A stretch of DNA of 64,000 nucleotides from Hydrotalea sp. (GTDB lineage: Bacteria; Bacteroidota; Bacteroidia; Chitinophagales; Chitinophagaceae), in assembly GCF_049968455.1 (NCBI RefSeq), contig NZ_JBMFQT010000015.1, positions 6,285 through 70,284 on the forward strand, read 5' to 3'. Every line of letters begins with the position of its first letter. Position 1 is the first letter of the stretch. Below the pieces are notes generated by a model that ran no database searches, was not told where the DNA came from, and was given only the letters and a program-made list of their open reading frames with translations. A program made the translations under genes and the position numbers. Positions 1 through 10,625 of this stretch are shown piece by piece.

Positions 1-639
1 TATTTAATTACTGCACCATTGGTAAACGAAGTTGCCATTGCCATTTTTGCGGGAGCTTTTGGCTTTAAAGTAACTGCATTATATGTAATCACAGGAATTG
101 TTCTAGGTATAATAGGGGGATTTACTTTAGGAAAATTAAAATTAGAAAAACATTTAACCCCCTGGGTTCAAAATATAATTACAAATGCTCACACCGAAGA
201 GGCTTTAGAAGTAGAACATATTTCATTGAAAAAAAGATTTCCCGGCATACTAAAAGAAGCTTTAAACATTGTAAAAAATGTATCCATTTATATTATTGTA
301 GGCATTGCAATAGGTGGCGCTATGCATGGCTTTTTACCTACCGGTTTTTTTGAACACTATATTAATAAAGGCCAATGGTATGCAGTACCTTTAGCAGTAA
401 TAATGGGTGTTCCCATGTATAGTAATGCCGCCGGCGTAATTCCGGTTATACAGGTATTGGTTGCAAAGGGCGTGCCGCTAGGAACTGCAATTGCATTTAT
501 GATGGGGGTTATTGGGCTATCATTACCCGAAGCTATGTTATTGAAAAAGGTAATGAACTGGAAGTTAATTGCCATTTACTTTGGTACCATTGCATTTTTC
601 ATGATACTATCAGGATACTTGTTTAATATAATCTTATAA
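1..639 (+). CDS. Predicted permease (UPF0718/DUF318, ArsP-like family); N-terminus cut by the window edge
   Basis: Frame 1 is open from base 1 (YLITAPLVNEV...), so the TTG at 19 is not the true start. The product is a multi-helix hydrophobic protein. 'PMYSNAAGVIPVIQVLVAKGVPLGTAIAFMM' resembles the conserved C-terminal half of this permease family (from memory). Confidence 0.6.
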   Translation, partial: YLITAPLVNEVAIAIFAGAFGFKVTALYVITGIVLGIIGGFTLGKLKLEKHLTPWVQNIITNAHTEEALEVEHISLKKRFPGILKEALNIVKNVSIYIIVGIAIGGAMHGFLPTGFFEHYINKGQWYAVPLAVIMGVPMYSNAAGVIPVIQVLVAKGVPLGTAIAFMMGVIGLSLPEAMLLKKVMNWKLIAIYFGTIAFFMILSGYLFNIIL

Positions 640-649
640 ATATTCAATA

Positions 650-1099
650 ATGACTACAACTGAAACTTTATTAACCACCTGGTTAGAGGCTCGTACAAGA
701 TTTGCAAATCTATTATTAAAAATTGACGAAACATCACTTTCAAAAAAACTGATAGGCACGCAAAATAGTGTAGGATTCTTAATAAGGCATATAGCAGAAG
801 TAGAAATGTTGTTTGCCAAAAATGTATTTGGTGCAACAAATATTAATATTCACGCAAAAACAATCATAGCACAACACGACACAGGTGAATGGACTAACTT
901 AAGTGCATTAATACAATTTCAGGAAGAAGCATTCAACCAGTTAAAATTAGTCATTGAACAACAACCTAATGAAGCCTGGGAAGAATCAATTACAACAAAA
1001 GAATTTGGTACCAAAACCAAAGCTGCAGCTTTAGGCAGAATAATATCACATACAGCCTATCATGCAGGACAACTAGCCATCATTTTAAAATATGCTTAA
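650..1099 (+). CDS. DinB-family (DinB_2 four-helix bundle) protein
   Basis: 149-aa ORF. The C-terminal 'RIISHTAYHAGQLAIILKY' and the internal 'FLIRHIAEVE' match the His-containing helices typical of the DinB superfamily. Confidence 0.75.
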   Translation: MTTTETLLTTWLEARTRFANLLLKIDETSLSKKLIGTQNSVGFLIRHIAEVEMLFAKNVFGATNINIHAKTIIAQHDTGEWTNLSALIQFQEEAFNQLKLVIEQQPNEAWEESITTKEFGTKTKAAALGRIISHTAYHAGQLAIILKYA

Positions 1100-1176
1100 C
1101 TTAGATGTATTGCATAATGACATTGGTCATTTTTGAATTGTTAGCAACATTTTAATTTCACTTAAAATTGAAAACA

Positions 1177-1923
1177 ATGACCATGAATAATAAAGTTGCT
1201 GTTATTACCGGTGCAGCATCCGGCATTGGCAAAGCCACCGCAGAATTATTAGCTAAACAAGGAGCAAAAGTGGTGATATCCGATATTCAGGAAGTTGAAG
1301 GAATAGCTTTGGCAAATTCTATTAACAGCAATGGCGGTAAGGCCCTATTTTTTAAAGCAGATGTTGGTAATGCAACTGAAATGGAAGCATTAATATTTCA
1401 AACAGTTAAAAGTTTTGGAGCTTTACATATTGCAGTGAATAATGCAGGCATTGGTGGTGAAAGCAATGCTGTAGCCGACATGAGCATTGAGGGATGGTTG
1501 AAAGTAATTAACATTAATTTAAACAGCATTTTCTTTGGCATGAAATACCAAATTCAAGCCATGCTAAATAGTGGTGGAGGTAGTATTGTAAATATTTCTT
1601 CCATTCTTGGCTCCGTGGGTTTTGCAAATGCAGCAGCTTACACGGCTGCAAAACATGGCATAATTGGTTTAACACAAACCGCCGCTTTGGAATATGCCGC
1701 AAAAAATATTCGTATTAATGCAGTTGGCCCAGGCTTTATTGATACACCTTTATTAAATGGCCTTGATGCCTCGTTAAAACAACAAATTATAGCCTTACAC
1801 CCTATTGGCCGATTAGGTAAAAGTGAAGAGGTGGCCGCTTTAATTGAATGGCTGGCCAGTGATGCGGCTTCTTTTGTTACCGGCAGTTATTATGCCATTG
1901 ATGGTGGTTATTTAGCAAGATAA
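1177..1923 (+). CDS. SDR-family oxidoreductase (classical short-chain dehydrogenase)
   Basis: Carries the 'VAVITGAASGIGKA' Rossmann motif, 'NNAG', and the catalytic 'SS...YTAAKHG' (S-Y-K). I prefer the ATG at 1177 to the TTG at 1168. Confidence 0.9.
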   Translation: MTMNNKVAVITGAASGIGKATAELLAKQGAKVVISDIQEVEGIALANSINSNGGKALFFKADVGNATEMEALIFQTVKSFGALHIAVNNAGIGGESNAVADMSIEGWLKVININLNSIFFGMKYQIQAMLNSGGGSIVNISSILGSVGFANAAAYTAAKHGIIGLTQTAALEYAAKNIRINAVGPGFIDTPLLNGLDASLKQQIIALHPIGRLGKSEEVAALIEWLASDAASFVTGSYYAIDGGYLAR

Positions 1924-2041
1924 ATACTTGCAGACAATTAAAAAGAAACCCTGTTGCATAAATAAAATAATTTTAACATACAAAATAAATTAGGAAATTT
2001 ATACTACGGTACATTTTGCCGGTTTTGCTAAAAAAAGTTAC

Positions 2042-2941
2042 ATGCACGACCATCATCATGAACATAAGCCTATTATCAGCAATTTAAACAAGGCTTTTAT
2101 CATTGGCATCCTATTAAACACTGTATTTGTTGTTATAGAAGTCATTTCAGGGTTTTATTATAACTCTATGGCTTTACTTTCTGATGCAGGACATAACCTA
2201 AGTGATGTAGCCAGTTTATTATTAGCCATGCTGGCATTTAAACTTTCTAAATCAAAAGCAACACAAAATTTCACTTATGGTTATAGGAAAACCTCGGTGC
2301 AAGTTTCCTTACTCAATGCCATTATACTGTTAATCGGAATCGTGGCTATAATTTGGGAAAGTATTGCTCGTTTTAAAATACCCGAAAAAACCAATGGTGA
2401 AAATATGGCCATTGTTGCTGCTATTGGTATTTTTATAAATGCCGCCACCGCTTTGCTTTTTCTAAAAGACAAAGAAAAAGATTTAAACGTAAAAGGCGCT
2501 TATTTACATATGGCTACCGATGCAATTGTTTCATTGGGTGTGGTAATTGCGGGGATTGTTATTATGTTCACGCATTGGTATTGGTTAGATGCAGCTTTAG
2601 GTATTGCCATTGCCATTGTAATTTTATTTAGTACGCTTGAACTATTGAAAGATAGTTTTAGTTTAAGCATTGATGCTGTACCTAAAGGCATTAACGTTGC
2701 CAACTTACAAAAGCAAATGGAAGCGCTACCCGGTGTAATTGGTGTGCATCATTTACATATTTGGGCTATTAGCACAACTTACAATGCCCTCACAGCCCAT
2801 ATTGTTGTAGCAAATAACACTAACATAAATACCATTACAACAATAAAACAAAACATTAAACATTTGTTAGAACATGCCAATATTCAACACAGCACATTGG
2901 AATTTGAAATGGACTGTGAAGATTGTGAAGAAGAAATTTAA
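2042..2941 (+). CDS. Cation diffusion facilitator (CzcD/ZitB-like Zn/Co/Cd efflux) transporter
   Basis: His-rich N-terminus (MHDHHHEH), six TM helices, 'LLSDAGHNLSD' (TM2 HxxxD) and 'HMATDAIVS' (TM5 HxxxD), plus a C-terminal cytoplasmic domain 'HHLHIWAIS'. Confidence 0.9.
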   Translation: MHDHHHEHKPIISNLNKAFIIGILLNTVFVVIEVISGFYYNSMALLSDAGHNLSDVASLLLAMLAFKLSKSKATQNFTYGYRKTSVQVSLLNAIILLIGIVAIIWESIARFKIPEKTNGENMAIVAAIGIFINAATALLFLKDKEKDLNVKGAYLHMATDAIVSLGVVIAGIVIMFTHWYWLDAALGIAIAIVILFSTLELLKDSFSLSIDAVPKGINVANLQKQMEALPGVIGVHHLHIWAISTTYNALTAHIVVANNTNINTITTIKQNIKHLLEHANIQHSTLEFEMDCEDCEEEI

Positions 2942-2950
2942 ACAAATAAT

Positions 2951-3604
2951 ATGAAAACAATAATCCTACTTTTCCCACTATTCTTAGTACAAACAGTATT
3001 TGCACAAAACCCGTCCATAAAAGTTGTTGATACAGATTTCTCTAAAGGAAGATTAACACATCAACAAGTTATTACCTTAAATGACGCCGAAAAACTGCAT
3101 GGTCATTTATGCGATGGACTAGCTATGGGATTTATAAGCTTACAACAAGCTTTATATACTTTATATCCCGACAGTATAATTGACAGAACCAATACACGCA
3201 TCATCAGCAAATCCTCCCCATGCCTTGCAGATATTGGCATTTTTTTAAGTGGTGGTAGGTACCAGTATAATTCTTTTCGCATTAATGATTCCATCCCCTA
3301 TCTTTTCATTGCTCAACGCATAGATAACGGTAAAACAGTAGCCGTGCAATTAAATCCGGGTATTAAACCACAACGCATTGACGAAATGGGCAAATTGGCA
3401 ATTCAACAAAAACTAAACCCATGCCAATTAAATGAGCTTAAACAATTAGAGGAAAAATTCACCTTAAAACTACTTTCGCAGCCACCAAAAACATTATTTA
3501 CAGTTATTCAACTACCCCCTATTGAGTGGCCTAAGAACGCTTATCAGCAATTTATTAAAACAGACATCATTAATAAATCAATGAACACTTGTATTCAAAA
3601 TTAA
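2951..3604 (+). CDS. FmdE-domain-like protein with N-terminal signal peptide
   Basis: The signal peptide MKTIILLFPLFLVQTVFAQ is followed by 'LHGHLCDGLAMGF', which resembles the 'HGHxCPGxxxG' core of the FmdE family (PF02663). It starts 9 nt after the CDF gene. Confidence 0.55.
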   Translation: MKTIILLFPLFLVQTVFAQNPSIKVVDTDFSKGRLTHQQVITLNDAEKLHGHLCDGLAMGFISLQQALYTLYPDSIIDRTNTRIISKSSPCLADIGIFLSGGRYQYNSFRINDSIPYLFIAQRIDNGKTVAVQLNPGIKPQRIDEMGKLAIQQKLNPCQLNELKQLEEKFTLKLLSQPPKTLFTVIQLPPIEWPKNAYQQFIKTDIINKSMNTCIQN

Positions 3605-3609
3605 TCATT

Positions 3610-4068
3610 ATGGAACCACATTTTTATCAGGTTGATGTAACCTGGAATTCAGAACGCAAAGGAATTATGTGTTCACCCGAATTGAACAATGCATCAGGAA
3701 GTTGTATTGAAGTAGCTACCCCACCCGACTTTCCTAAAGGAATGCCCGGCATTTGGTCGCCGGAACATTTGTTTACGGCAGCAGTAAGTAGTTGCTTAAT
3801 GACTACCTTTTTGGCTATTGCCGAAAACTCGAAACTAACGTACACCCATTTTAGTTGTAGTTCAAAAGGAAAATTAGAGCAAGTTGATGGCAAATTCATG
3901 ATGAGTGAAGTGTTGCTGGAACCTACACTTATTATTACCGAAGAAAGAGATAGAGAGCGGGCAGAAAGAGTTTTACAAAAGTCAGAAGCCGCCTGTTTAA
4001 TTTCTAATTCCGTAAAATCAAAAATTACAATGATTCCCAAAATTATTGTTCAAGCTACAAGCGAATAA
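3610..4068 (+). CDS. OsmC/Ohr-family protein
   Basis: 'SPEHLFTAAVSSCLMTTFLAIAE' and the C-terminal 'SEAACLISNSVK' give the two conserved Cys regions of OsmC-like proteins. The ATG at 3610 avoids overlap with the upstream stop at 3604. Confidence 0.8.
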   Translation: MEPHFYQVDVTWNSERKGIMCSPELNNASGSCIEVATPPDFPKGMPGIWSPEHLFTAAVSSCLMTTFLAIAENSKLTYTHFSCSSKGKLEQVDGKFMMSEVLLEPTLIITEERDRERAERVLQKSEAACLISNSVKSKITMIPKIIVQATSE

Positions 4069-4133
4069 ACATAATAAACCCTGTTATTAGCCTATACAAT
4101 TGATGGAACTTAACCACCAATTATCATTGTTTA

Positions 4134-4799
4134 CTACATTACAAAAAAATATCCAATTAATTGGCAGGCAATTCCCAATATTAACCCTGCATACATTTCC
4201 TGATTGGTATGTTCATTCAGTAATAAACGACTGCTACTTACTAAACCGGCAATTACAGCCGTAATACTTATAGCTAAACCCATTGGTGCATGATAATAAA
4301 ACGATAACAAAATCATGGCAGTTAACAAGCTGCCCATTGCAATACCGTGTAAACTAATTTTAATAAAATTATTAATTACCAAACCTATTGATGTAGAAAT
4401 AAAAATACCGAAATAAAAATACTGCAAGGCATCGGGCTGGTTACTCATGTTTTTACTTAAGTAATACATCCACCAATAAAAAAACATGGTAATCATGTAG
4501 GGCGCAATGCGTTCCTTGGCTGTTCGCAAATAAATACCTTGAATAAACTTTAATTTGTATAACAAAAACACACCAAAGGCAGGGAAAAAAGCCGTCATCC
4601 AAAATACACTAAACACCTTTAACTTAAGCTGATACACGGTAATATCGGTAAACAAAAAAGGAAAACGATACACCAAATAAAGAAAAAAATAAGTAGGTAT
4701 AAATAACGGATGAAACAAATACGATAAAACTTTAGCCGGGAAAACCAGCCATAAACTTGCAGTGGGGTTATATTGTTGTTCTGTATTTTCTGCCATCAT
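4134..4799 (-). CDS. Integral membrane protein, possibly a degenerate PAP2-like phosphatase
   Basis: About 6 TM helices. 'KISLHGIAMG' and 'SRLLLNEHTNQE' loosely resemble PAP2 motifs C2/C3. The start lies 1 nt downstream of the rpoN stop, which suggests co-transcription. Confidence 0.5.
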   Translation of the reverse strand: MMAENTEQQYNPTASLWLVFPAKVLSYLFHPLFIPTYFFLYLVYRFPFLFTDITVYQLKLKVFSVFWMTAFFPAFGVFLLYKLKFIQGIYLRTAKERIAPYMITMFFYWWMYYLSKNMSNQPDALQYFYFGIFISTSIGLVINNFIKISLHGIAMGSLLTAMILLSFYYHAPMGLAISITAVIAGLVSSSRLLLNEHTNQEMYAGLILGIACQLIGYFFVM

Positions 4800-4800
4800 T

Positions 4801-6291
4801 TTATAATTGTTTACGCAAACGCGCTACCGGTATATTCAATTGTTCTCGGTATTTTGCAACGGTTCGCCGTGCTATATTATAGCCTTTTTGGTTTAATAAA
4901 TCAGTTAATTGTTCGTCACTTAAAGGCTTACGTTTATCTTCTCCTTCAATTAAATCGCTCAGTATTTTTTTAACCTCACGGGTACTAACTTCTTCGCCAC
5001 TATCTGTACTCAAGCTTTCACTGAAAAAGTATTTTAAGCGGTAGGTACCAAATTCTGTTTGCACAAATTTGCTATTGGCTACCCTACTTACAGTTGAAAT
5101 ATCTAATCCGGTTTTTTCGGCAATATCTTTTAAAATCATGGGCTTTAAATTGGTTTCATCGCCCGTTAAAAAAAACTCTTTCTGGTGGTTCATAATGGCT
5201 TCCATGGTAACCATTAAAGTTTGCTGGCGCTGTTTTATCATATCTATAAACCATTTTGCCGAATCAATTTTTTGTTTAATAAACAAAACAGCTTCTTTTT
5301 GGCGTTTATCCTTTTTACTGCCCCGCTCATACTCACGCATCATTTCTCTATAAGTATCGCTAATACGTAAATCGGGTGCATTTTTATTATTCAAACTTAG
5401 TTCAAGTCTTCCTGCATTATTAAAAATAAAAAAATCGGGTATTATATAAGTATCGGCCTTGTTGGTTTCGCCGGCATCACCGCCCGGTTTCGGATTTAGT
5501 TTTATAATTTGTTGCATTACTTCTTTTAATTCCTCATCAGTTAAATTCATGCCGCGCTGAATTTTTTCGTAATGCTTCTTGGTAAACTCATCAAAATATT
5601 TTTGCAAAATTTCAATGGCCAATTCAACAGAATGTCCTTCATGTTTCTTTCTTTCTAATTGCAGCAATAAACATTCCTGCAAATTGCGGGCAGCTACCCC
5701 CGGCGGATCAAACTGTTGAATTTTTTTTATTAATGCCTCTACTTCTTTTTCATTGGTATCAATATTTTGCCTAAATGCCAAATCATCCACTATCGATGAA
5801 ATTTCGCGCCGCAAATAACCATCATCATCCAAACTACCAATAATTTGTTCAGCAATTTTATACTGCCTATCATCTAAATGCAGCAAACCCAATTGTTGCA
5901 CCAGTAATTCATAAAAGCTGGTTTCACTTTTAATGGGAATTACTTTTGCATCATCCAATTCCGGATAATTTTCATCCCGCATTTTATAATCGGCAATTTC
6001 TCCATCTTCATCAGCCACATATTCACTTAAATCTAAATTCTCATATTCATCCTCACTCCCATCTTTATCAAAATCTTCTTCATTACTGCTATCAAATTCA
6101 TCTACCAATTCCGGTTCCATACCCTCATCATGTTCCTGTTCCTCCATTTCAAGCGCCGGATTTTCTTCCATTTCTTCCTTAATTCTATCTTCCAAATATG
6201 CGGTAGGCACCTGTAACAACTTCATTAACTGAATTTGTTGAGGCGATAATTTTTGTAGTAACTTTTGCTGTAAACCCTGACTTAATGCCAT
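4801..6291 (-). CDS. rpoN: RNA polymerase sigma-54 factor
   Basis: N-terminal '[21 protein letters not shown]' (region I), an acidic linker, and the C-terminal HTH plus RpoN box '[21 protein letters not shown]'. Confidence 0.97.
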   Translation of the reverse strand: MALSQGLQQKLLQKLSPQQIQLMKLLQVPTAYLEDRIKEEMEENPALEMEEQEHDEGMEPELVDEFDSSNEEDFDKDGSEDEYENLDLSEYVADEDGEIADYKMRDENYPELDDAKVIPIKSETSFYELLVQQLGLLHLDDRQYKIAEQIIGSLDDDGYLRREISSIVDDLAFRQNIDTNEKEVEALIKKIQQFDPPGVAARNLQECLLLQLERKKHEGHSVELAIEILQKYFDEFTKKHYEKIQRGMNLTDEELKEVMQQIIKLNPKPGGDAGETNKADTYIIPDFFIFNNAGRLELSLNNKNAPDLRISDTYREMMREYERGSKKDKRQKEAVLFIKQKIDSAKWFIDMIKQRQQTLMVTMEAIMNHQKEFFLTGDETNLKPMILKDIAEKTGLDISTVSRVANSKFVQTEFGTYRLKYFFSESLSTDSGEEVSTREVKKILSDLIEGEDKRKPLSDEQLTDLLNQKGYNIARRTVAKYREQLNIPVARLRKQL

Positions 6292-6448
6292 AATTGTTGC
6301 TTCCTCAAATTTTTTTTATGTTACCGGCTTTTGCATTGCTATTGAACACCGGTTGCGTCGCACACTGCAACGTTTTGTTCGCTATTTAGCTAAACAAATC
6401 ATGCAGCCTACACAAAATCGCGGTAAATTTACAAACAATGCAGGCAAC

Positions 6449-6736
6449 ATGGTTACGAAAGTATTCGGTTTACTCCTCAATTTACTGTTAATTACTGCTG
6501 TACATGCACATGCACAATCTTTGGAAACGAAGTATACTACAGCTTTTGCCGATACTTTGCATACAATGCCTTACAATCTTAAACCCAATTTTTATACCCA
6601 ACATTTGCCCTTTTTTTGCCGTCAAGAATGGAAGTGGGAGCAAAAAACTAAAATACCCCTGCGTTTTAGGCTGGGTAGTTATCAATATGTAAATAAATTA
6701 GAGGGCAAATTACCCAACACCATTAACCCCGAATAG
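6449..6736 (+). CDS. Small secreted hypothetical protein
   Basis: The internal ATG at 6449 gives the signal peptide [23 protein letters not shown]. The longer track ORF (6353) adds a basic, non-signal extension. No family was recognised. Confidence 0.45.
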   Translation: MVTKVFGLLLNLLLITAVHAHAQSLETKYTTAFADTLHTMPYNLKPNFYTQHLPFFCRQEWKWEQKTKIPLRFRLGSYQYVNKLEGKLPNTINPE

Positions 6737-7178
6737 TAACACCTTTGTCTTTTGCTTGTTGCTTAACCGCTGTAATAATCTGCTGAATTTGCTTCGGCTC
6801 ATAGCCTAATTCTAAATTAATTTTTGCCTGCTGCCCATTGCGTAAATATAAAGACAAGTTATTAGGCTGTATTTCAACCGCATTCATGCCAGACCAATGG
6901 TACGTTTCCGCTGCTTCAAAAAAAGGGAAATGCCATGTAATACCTTCTTCATCAACTATCAAATAATGCCGTGGATGTTTGGTACTGCTTAATCGTAATA
7001 CACAATAGCCTATTAACAATAATGCATACAGCATGTTGAAAATACTCCGCTTGTCGTGTCCATGAACAAATACCGCAATTTGAAAGGCAACAAAAGCAAT
7101 ATTTAATAGTATAATGGCATAAAATAATTTGCGTTGCCAACCCGGCATAACACTGCCTTTGTATGGATAAAGTGCCAT
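6723..7178 (-). CDS. Hypothetical membrane protein (2 TM plus a soluble C-terminal domain)
   Basis: 151-aa ORF with two hydrophobic helices ([21 protein letters not shown] and [16 protein letters not shown]). It lies directly upstream of the DegT-like gene on the same strand. Confidence 0.5.
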   Translation of the reverse strand: MALYPYKGSVMPGWQRKLFYAIILLNIAFVAFQIAVFVHGHDKRSIFNMLYALLLIGYCVLRLSSTKHPRHYLIVDEEGITWHFPFFEAAETYHWSGMNAVEIQPNNLSLYLRNGQQAKINLELGYEPKQIQQIITAVKQQAKDKGVTIRG

Positions 7179-7196
7179 GTATTAAACAGTTATTAT

Positions 7197-8414
7197 TTAT
7201 GCATTAACAGTGTGTTGTTGTAAAACCTTTTCAATAGCTGCAACCATTTTAGCACCTTTTTCTGCAATTTGTTCAGGTGTCCACAACAAACTAATTGAAG
7301 TTGATATGCAACGACTCATTACAGCATCACTTGCTGCAAATTCTTGCGATTGAATTTTTTGCAAAGCCGCTTGCTGGCCTGCATTCAGCGCATTCAATGC
7401 TACACCATTTTTTAAATGGTGCCATTTGCGTATGTAATGCCAGTTATTATCGAACCAATAAAAATTGCCCGCTAATATGCCTTGTGCTTTCATTTCGGCA
7501 ACAACAGCACGTGTAATATTTTCAGTTGGCAAAAACCAACTTAAAAAAGTGCAACTATCACCGGAAGAATCAGGAATGGACCTGAAACTAATAGCCGGAA
7601 TTTTTTCCAGAATACTTTTTAATTGAGCATAATTACTGCGTTGAATAGCTAAGAACTGAGGCAGTTTTTTAATTTGCGCTAATCCTACAGCGGCATGCAA
7701 TTCACTAATGCGAAAGTTATAGCCTAAAAACGGATGTTCATCTGCACCCCGATCAACCCCTCTATGGTCGTGCCCATGATCGGTATATCCGTCACATTTT
7801 TCATATATTGACTCACTATTGGTCATTACCACTCCACCTTCTGCACAGGTAATGGTTTTCACAAAATCAAATGAAAAAGTACCTGCATCGCCAATAGTAC
7901 CCAATGCTTTTCCTTTATAAGTTCCGCCAATGCTTTGGCAGGCATCTTCCAATAAAAACAAATGATGTTTTTGGCATATTGCTTTTAAAGCGTCTAAATC
8001 GGCCATGCTTCCACACATATGTACCGGCATTACACATTTTGTGGCTGGGGTAATGGCAGCCTCAACTGCAGCAGGATTCAGTGTTAATGTTTCATCTACA
8101 TCTACTAAAACGGGTATTGCGCCAACACTTAACACCGCTTCAAAACTAGCAACAAACGTAAAAGCAGGCATAATTACTTCATCACCTACCCCTATACCTA
8201 AAGCAGCCATTGCAGTAGTTAATGCGGCTGTTCCGCTACTGGTTAACTGTGCATAATTACAGCCAAATGTTTGTGTAATGGCGGTTTCTAATTCTTTTGC
8301 CTTCCAAATACCTTTACGTGCACCATCAAATCCATAACGCATTAAGATACCGGTTTCCAGTACCTCATTCACTTGTTTTTTTTCTTCTTCGCCAAATAAT
8401 TCAAAACCGGGCAT
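7197..8414 (-). CDS. DegT/DnrJ/EryC1/StrS-family PLP-dependent aminotransferase
   Basis: 'LTSSGTAAL', 'VIMPAFTFVASFEAV' and 'FSFDFVKTITCAEGGVV' (PLP lysine context) are typical of sugar aminotransferases of this family. Confidence 0.85.
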   Translation of the reverse strand: MPGFELFGEEEKKQVNEVLETGILMRYGFDGARKGIWKAKELETAITQTFGCNYAQLTSSGTAALTTAMAALGIGVGDEVIMPAFTFVASFEAVLSVGAIPVLVDVDETLTLNPAAVEAAITPATKCVMPVHMCGSMADLDALKAICQKHHLFLLEDACQSIGGTYKGKALGTIGDAGTFSFDFVKTITCAEGGVVMTNSESIYEKCDGYTDHGHDHRGVDRGADEHPFLGYNFRISELHAAVGLAQIKKLPQFLAIQRSNYAQLKSILEKIPAISFRSIPDSSGDSCTFLSWFLPTENITRAVVAEMKAQGILAGNFYWFDNNWHYIRKWHHLKNGVALNALNAGQQAALQKIQSQEFAASDAVMSRCISTSISLLWTPEQIAEKGAKMVAAIEKVLQQHTVNA

Positions 8415-8507
8415 ATAGTTATTTTTAAAAATTGAAAATAGTAGAGGGCAAAATTAGCAAAATATTGCGGGATGCATCATTTTGTATCATGAACCTGTAT
8501 GAAAACC

Positions 8508-9002
8508 CTAATGCAAACTAATTACTCGATAAATCTTCCAAGCATTAGGATATTTTTTCCAAATAATGGTATATCGGCTTTGGTTAGGGTGTTTAGGCAA
8601 TGGTTCCTGATTGTTATGAAAAATATGTAAGCCTATTTCAATAGCCCCAAAATGGGGAATTGGATATACTTCCATACTGCCTTTTACTAATTCGCGGGTT
8701 ACTTTACCACAAATGTTTTTTTGCGTTGCCTCAACAATAGCCTTTTTGGAAGTTGATAATCCACTTTTGTCGTGATAAAACTCTATACTATCATCATAAA
8801 AGTTGGCATATTGTGGCAACTCAGTAGTACATTGGTTATAATGACTAAAAAACAAACTATCTAAATGAAAAATTGTATCATACAATGCTTTATCATCCGG
8901 AGTATAATTTTTAGTTAAGGCAAATTGCATCTTATACGAATGGCTGCAAGCACCGAATACAAATACTACCAATATGGCAAAAACAATTTTACATAGTGTC
9001 AT
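8508..9002 (-). CDS. Lipoprotein, NTF2-like/SnoaL-like fold suspected
   Basis: Lipobox 'VFVFGAC'. The size and the pattern '...IFHLDSLFFSHYNQC...WKIYRVISLH' are reminiscent of DUF4440/NTF2-like proteins. The family call is weak. Confidence 0.45.
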   Translation of the reverse strand: MTLCKIVFAILVVFVFGACSHSYKMQFALTKNYTPDDKALYDTIFHLDSLFFSHYNQCTTELPQYANFYDDSIEFYHDKSGLSTSKKAIVEATQKNICGKVTRELVKGSMEVYPIPHFGAIEIGLHIFHNNQEPLPKHPNQSRYTIIWKKYPNAWKIYRVISLH

Positions 9003-9236
9003 TTAACATAGTTTATCCTATAATTGATATGAATACCTACAGATAAAAAACGAATTAGCACTTTACAAAGTAGTAGCCATTAATGAATAAAAATAATATG
9101 AAAGTTTTTTATTCTTCGCACAACATATCCTTTAAATTGGCTAATTGTAAGCAACAACAAAGCATTCAATTGTTACAAAGAAATTTCATTGTATAGATGA
9201 ATGATTGCCTATTTGCAGCTTTTTAACCTGCTGCAA

Positions 9237-9875
9237 CTAAGCTATTTGTTTCTTTTTAAAACTACAGAACAAAAAGTTTTGAACGGTATGAAACGGTGTT
9301 AAATGGTCTTCTGTAATACAGCGAATTTTCGCAAACCCCATTTGCAACTCATTTGTTAATTCATCTTCACTATACTTATGTACCGGCAAACCACTGCATT
9401 TATCAGGGCCTTTATCTGAAAATGTACCAATGGTTAAATAATTACTTACTGCTTTTCGAGCTTTTTCTAAATAAGCATGCACTTGTTCGGCAGTTGTTAA
9501 GAAATGAAAAGTAGCTCTATCGTGCCAAACATCATATGTTTCTGAAGGTTCAAAATTATTTATATCACTCACAATCCATTTCACTTTAGCGGCATTTGCA
9601 CCCAGTCTTTTTTTGGCTTTTTCCAATGCAGTAGCGGAAATATCTAAAACGGTAATATTTTCAAAACCTTCTTGCAATAAATAATCAACTAGCTTACTGT
9701 CGCCACCGCCAATATCAATAATTTTTGCTGTTTTGGATAATTGAAAAGTATGTATGAACTGTAATGAAGTAGCAGGTATTTCCTGTGTCCAACTAACCTC
9801 ATGGGGTTGTTTGGTGCTATACACCTGTTCCCAATGTTGTTGTAAAGTATTAACCATTGTACAAATTTGATACAC
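9237..9875 (-). CDS. Class I SAM-dependent methyltransferase
   Basis: Motif I 'IIDIGGGDSKLVDYLL' and post-I 'VLDIS'. The start could instead be the ATG at 9857 (MVNTLQQHW...). Confidence 0.85.
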   Translation of the reverse strand: MYQICTMVNTLQQHWEQVYSTKQPHEVSWTQEIPATSLQFIHTFQLSKTAKIIDIGGGDSKLVDYLLQEGFENITVLDISATALEKAKKRLGANAAKVKWIVSDINNFEPSETYDVWHDRATFHFLTTAEQVHAYLEKARKAVSNYLTIGTFSDKGPDKCSGLPVHKYSEDELTNELQMGFAKIRCITEDHLTPFHTVQNFLFCSFKKKQIA

Positions 9876-9950
9876 TTAAATTAGTGATTTTGTATTGAAG
9901 GTTACAAATAGCATTTTCAGCTAACCATCAAAAAAATTTACACAAGTTCA

Positions 9951-10625
9951 TTAAACCATAATTACCATAGGTTCAATACTGTTCGAATTAACAATGGCAT
10001 AAATTTTATCTGCTATGGTTTCGGGTAATGTCCATTTAGAAAAATCGGCATTAGGCATGGCAGCTCTGTTTTGTGGTGTATCAATAATATTGGGTACAAT
10101 TACGTGAATATGCACTTGTGTGCCGTTTGCCTCTGCCTGCATAATTTCGGCTAATCGGAATAATAACGATTTCGACAATCCATAAGCGGTTACCCCTTTT
10201 GCATGTTGTGTATTTAAACCTGCCTTTGAGCCAGTTAAAAATAAATGTCCATTATTTTGTTGTAGCATTTGTAAAAAAACCGGGCGGGCAATATTATACG
10301 CTGTTTCAAAATTAAGTGCCATTTGTTGTTGCATTTTGTTCAAATCAGTATCTGCAATTGTGCCCATTGTAAAGCCGCCAGCCGTTAATACAGCTACATC
10401 AATATGCTTGGTTGCAGCAATAACTGTGTTAATGCTAGTTTGGCAATTGTGTTCGTTTAATAAATCGGTTGGCAATTGTGTAACTGGTAAATCTTTCCAA
10501 GTATCTATTTGAGTTATTGAATGCACTAATGCGTACACACTGTATGCCTCGATAGCAAATTTTTGTACTACTGCTTTACCCAAATTACCGGCTGCTCCGG
10601 TTACTAATACTGTTTTAGTAGTCAT
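9951..10625 (-). CDS. SDR-family NAD(P)-dependent oxidoreductase
   Basis: 'VLVTGAAGNLGKA' glycine-rich motif and 'YGLSKSLL' (YxxxK). The ATG at 10625 (MTTKTVLVTG) is preferred. Confidence 0.85.
   Translation of the reverse strand: MTTKTVLVTGAAGNLGKAVVQKFAIEAYSVYALVHSITQIDTWKDLPVTQLPTDLLNEHNCQTSINTVIAATKHIDVAVLTAGGFTMGTIADTDLNKMQQQMALNFETAYNIARPVFLQMLQQNNGHLFLTGSKAGLNTQHAKGVTAYGLSKSLLFRLAEIMQAEANGTQVHIHVIVPNIIDTPQNRAAMPNADFSKWTLPETIADKIYAIVNSNSIEPMVIMV

Noticed and set aside
5946-6182. His/Pro-rich 78-aa ORF (…[33 protein letters not shown]…) that looks unusual.
   Set aside because: It is the reverse-complement reading of the acidic Glu/Asp-rich linker of rpoN (GAA/GAT-rich DNA gives His/Pro/Ile-rich antisense). 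This is a compositional artefact.
6353-6448. Longer version of the small secreted protein ORF starting at 6353.
   Set aside because: The extra 32 residues are basic and non-hydrophobic and would bury the obvious signal peptide that begins at Met 6449.
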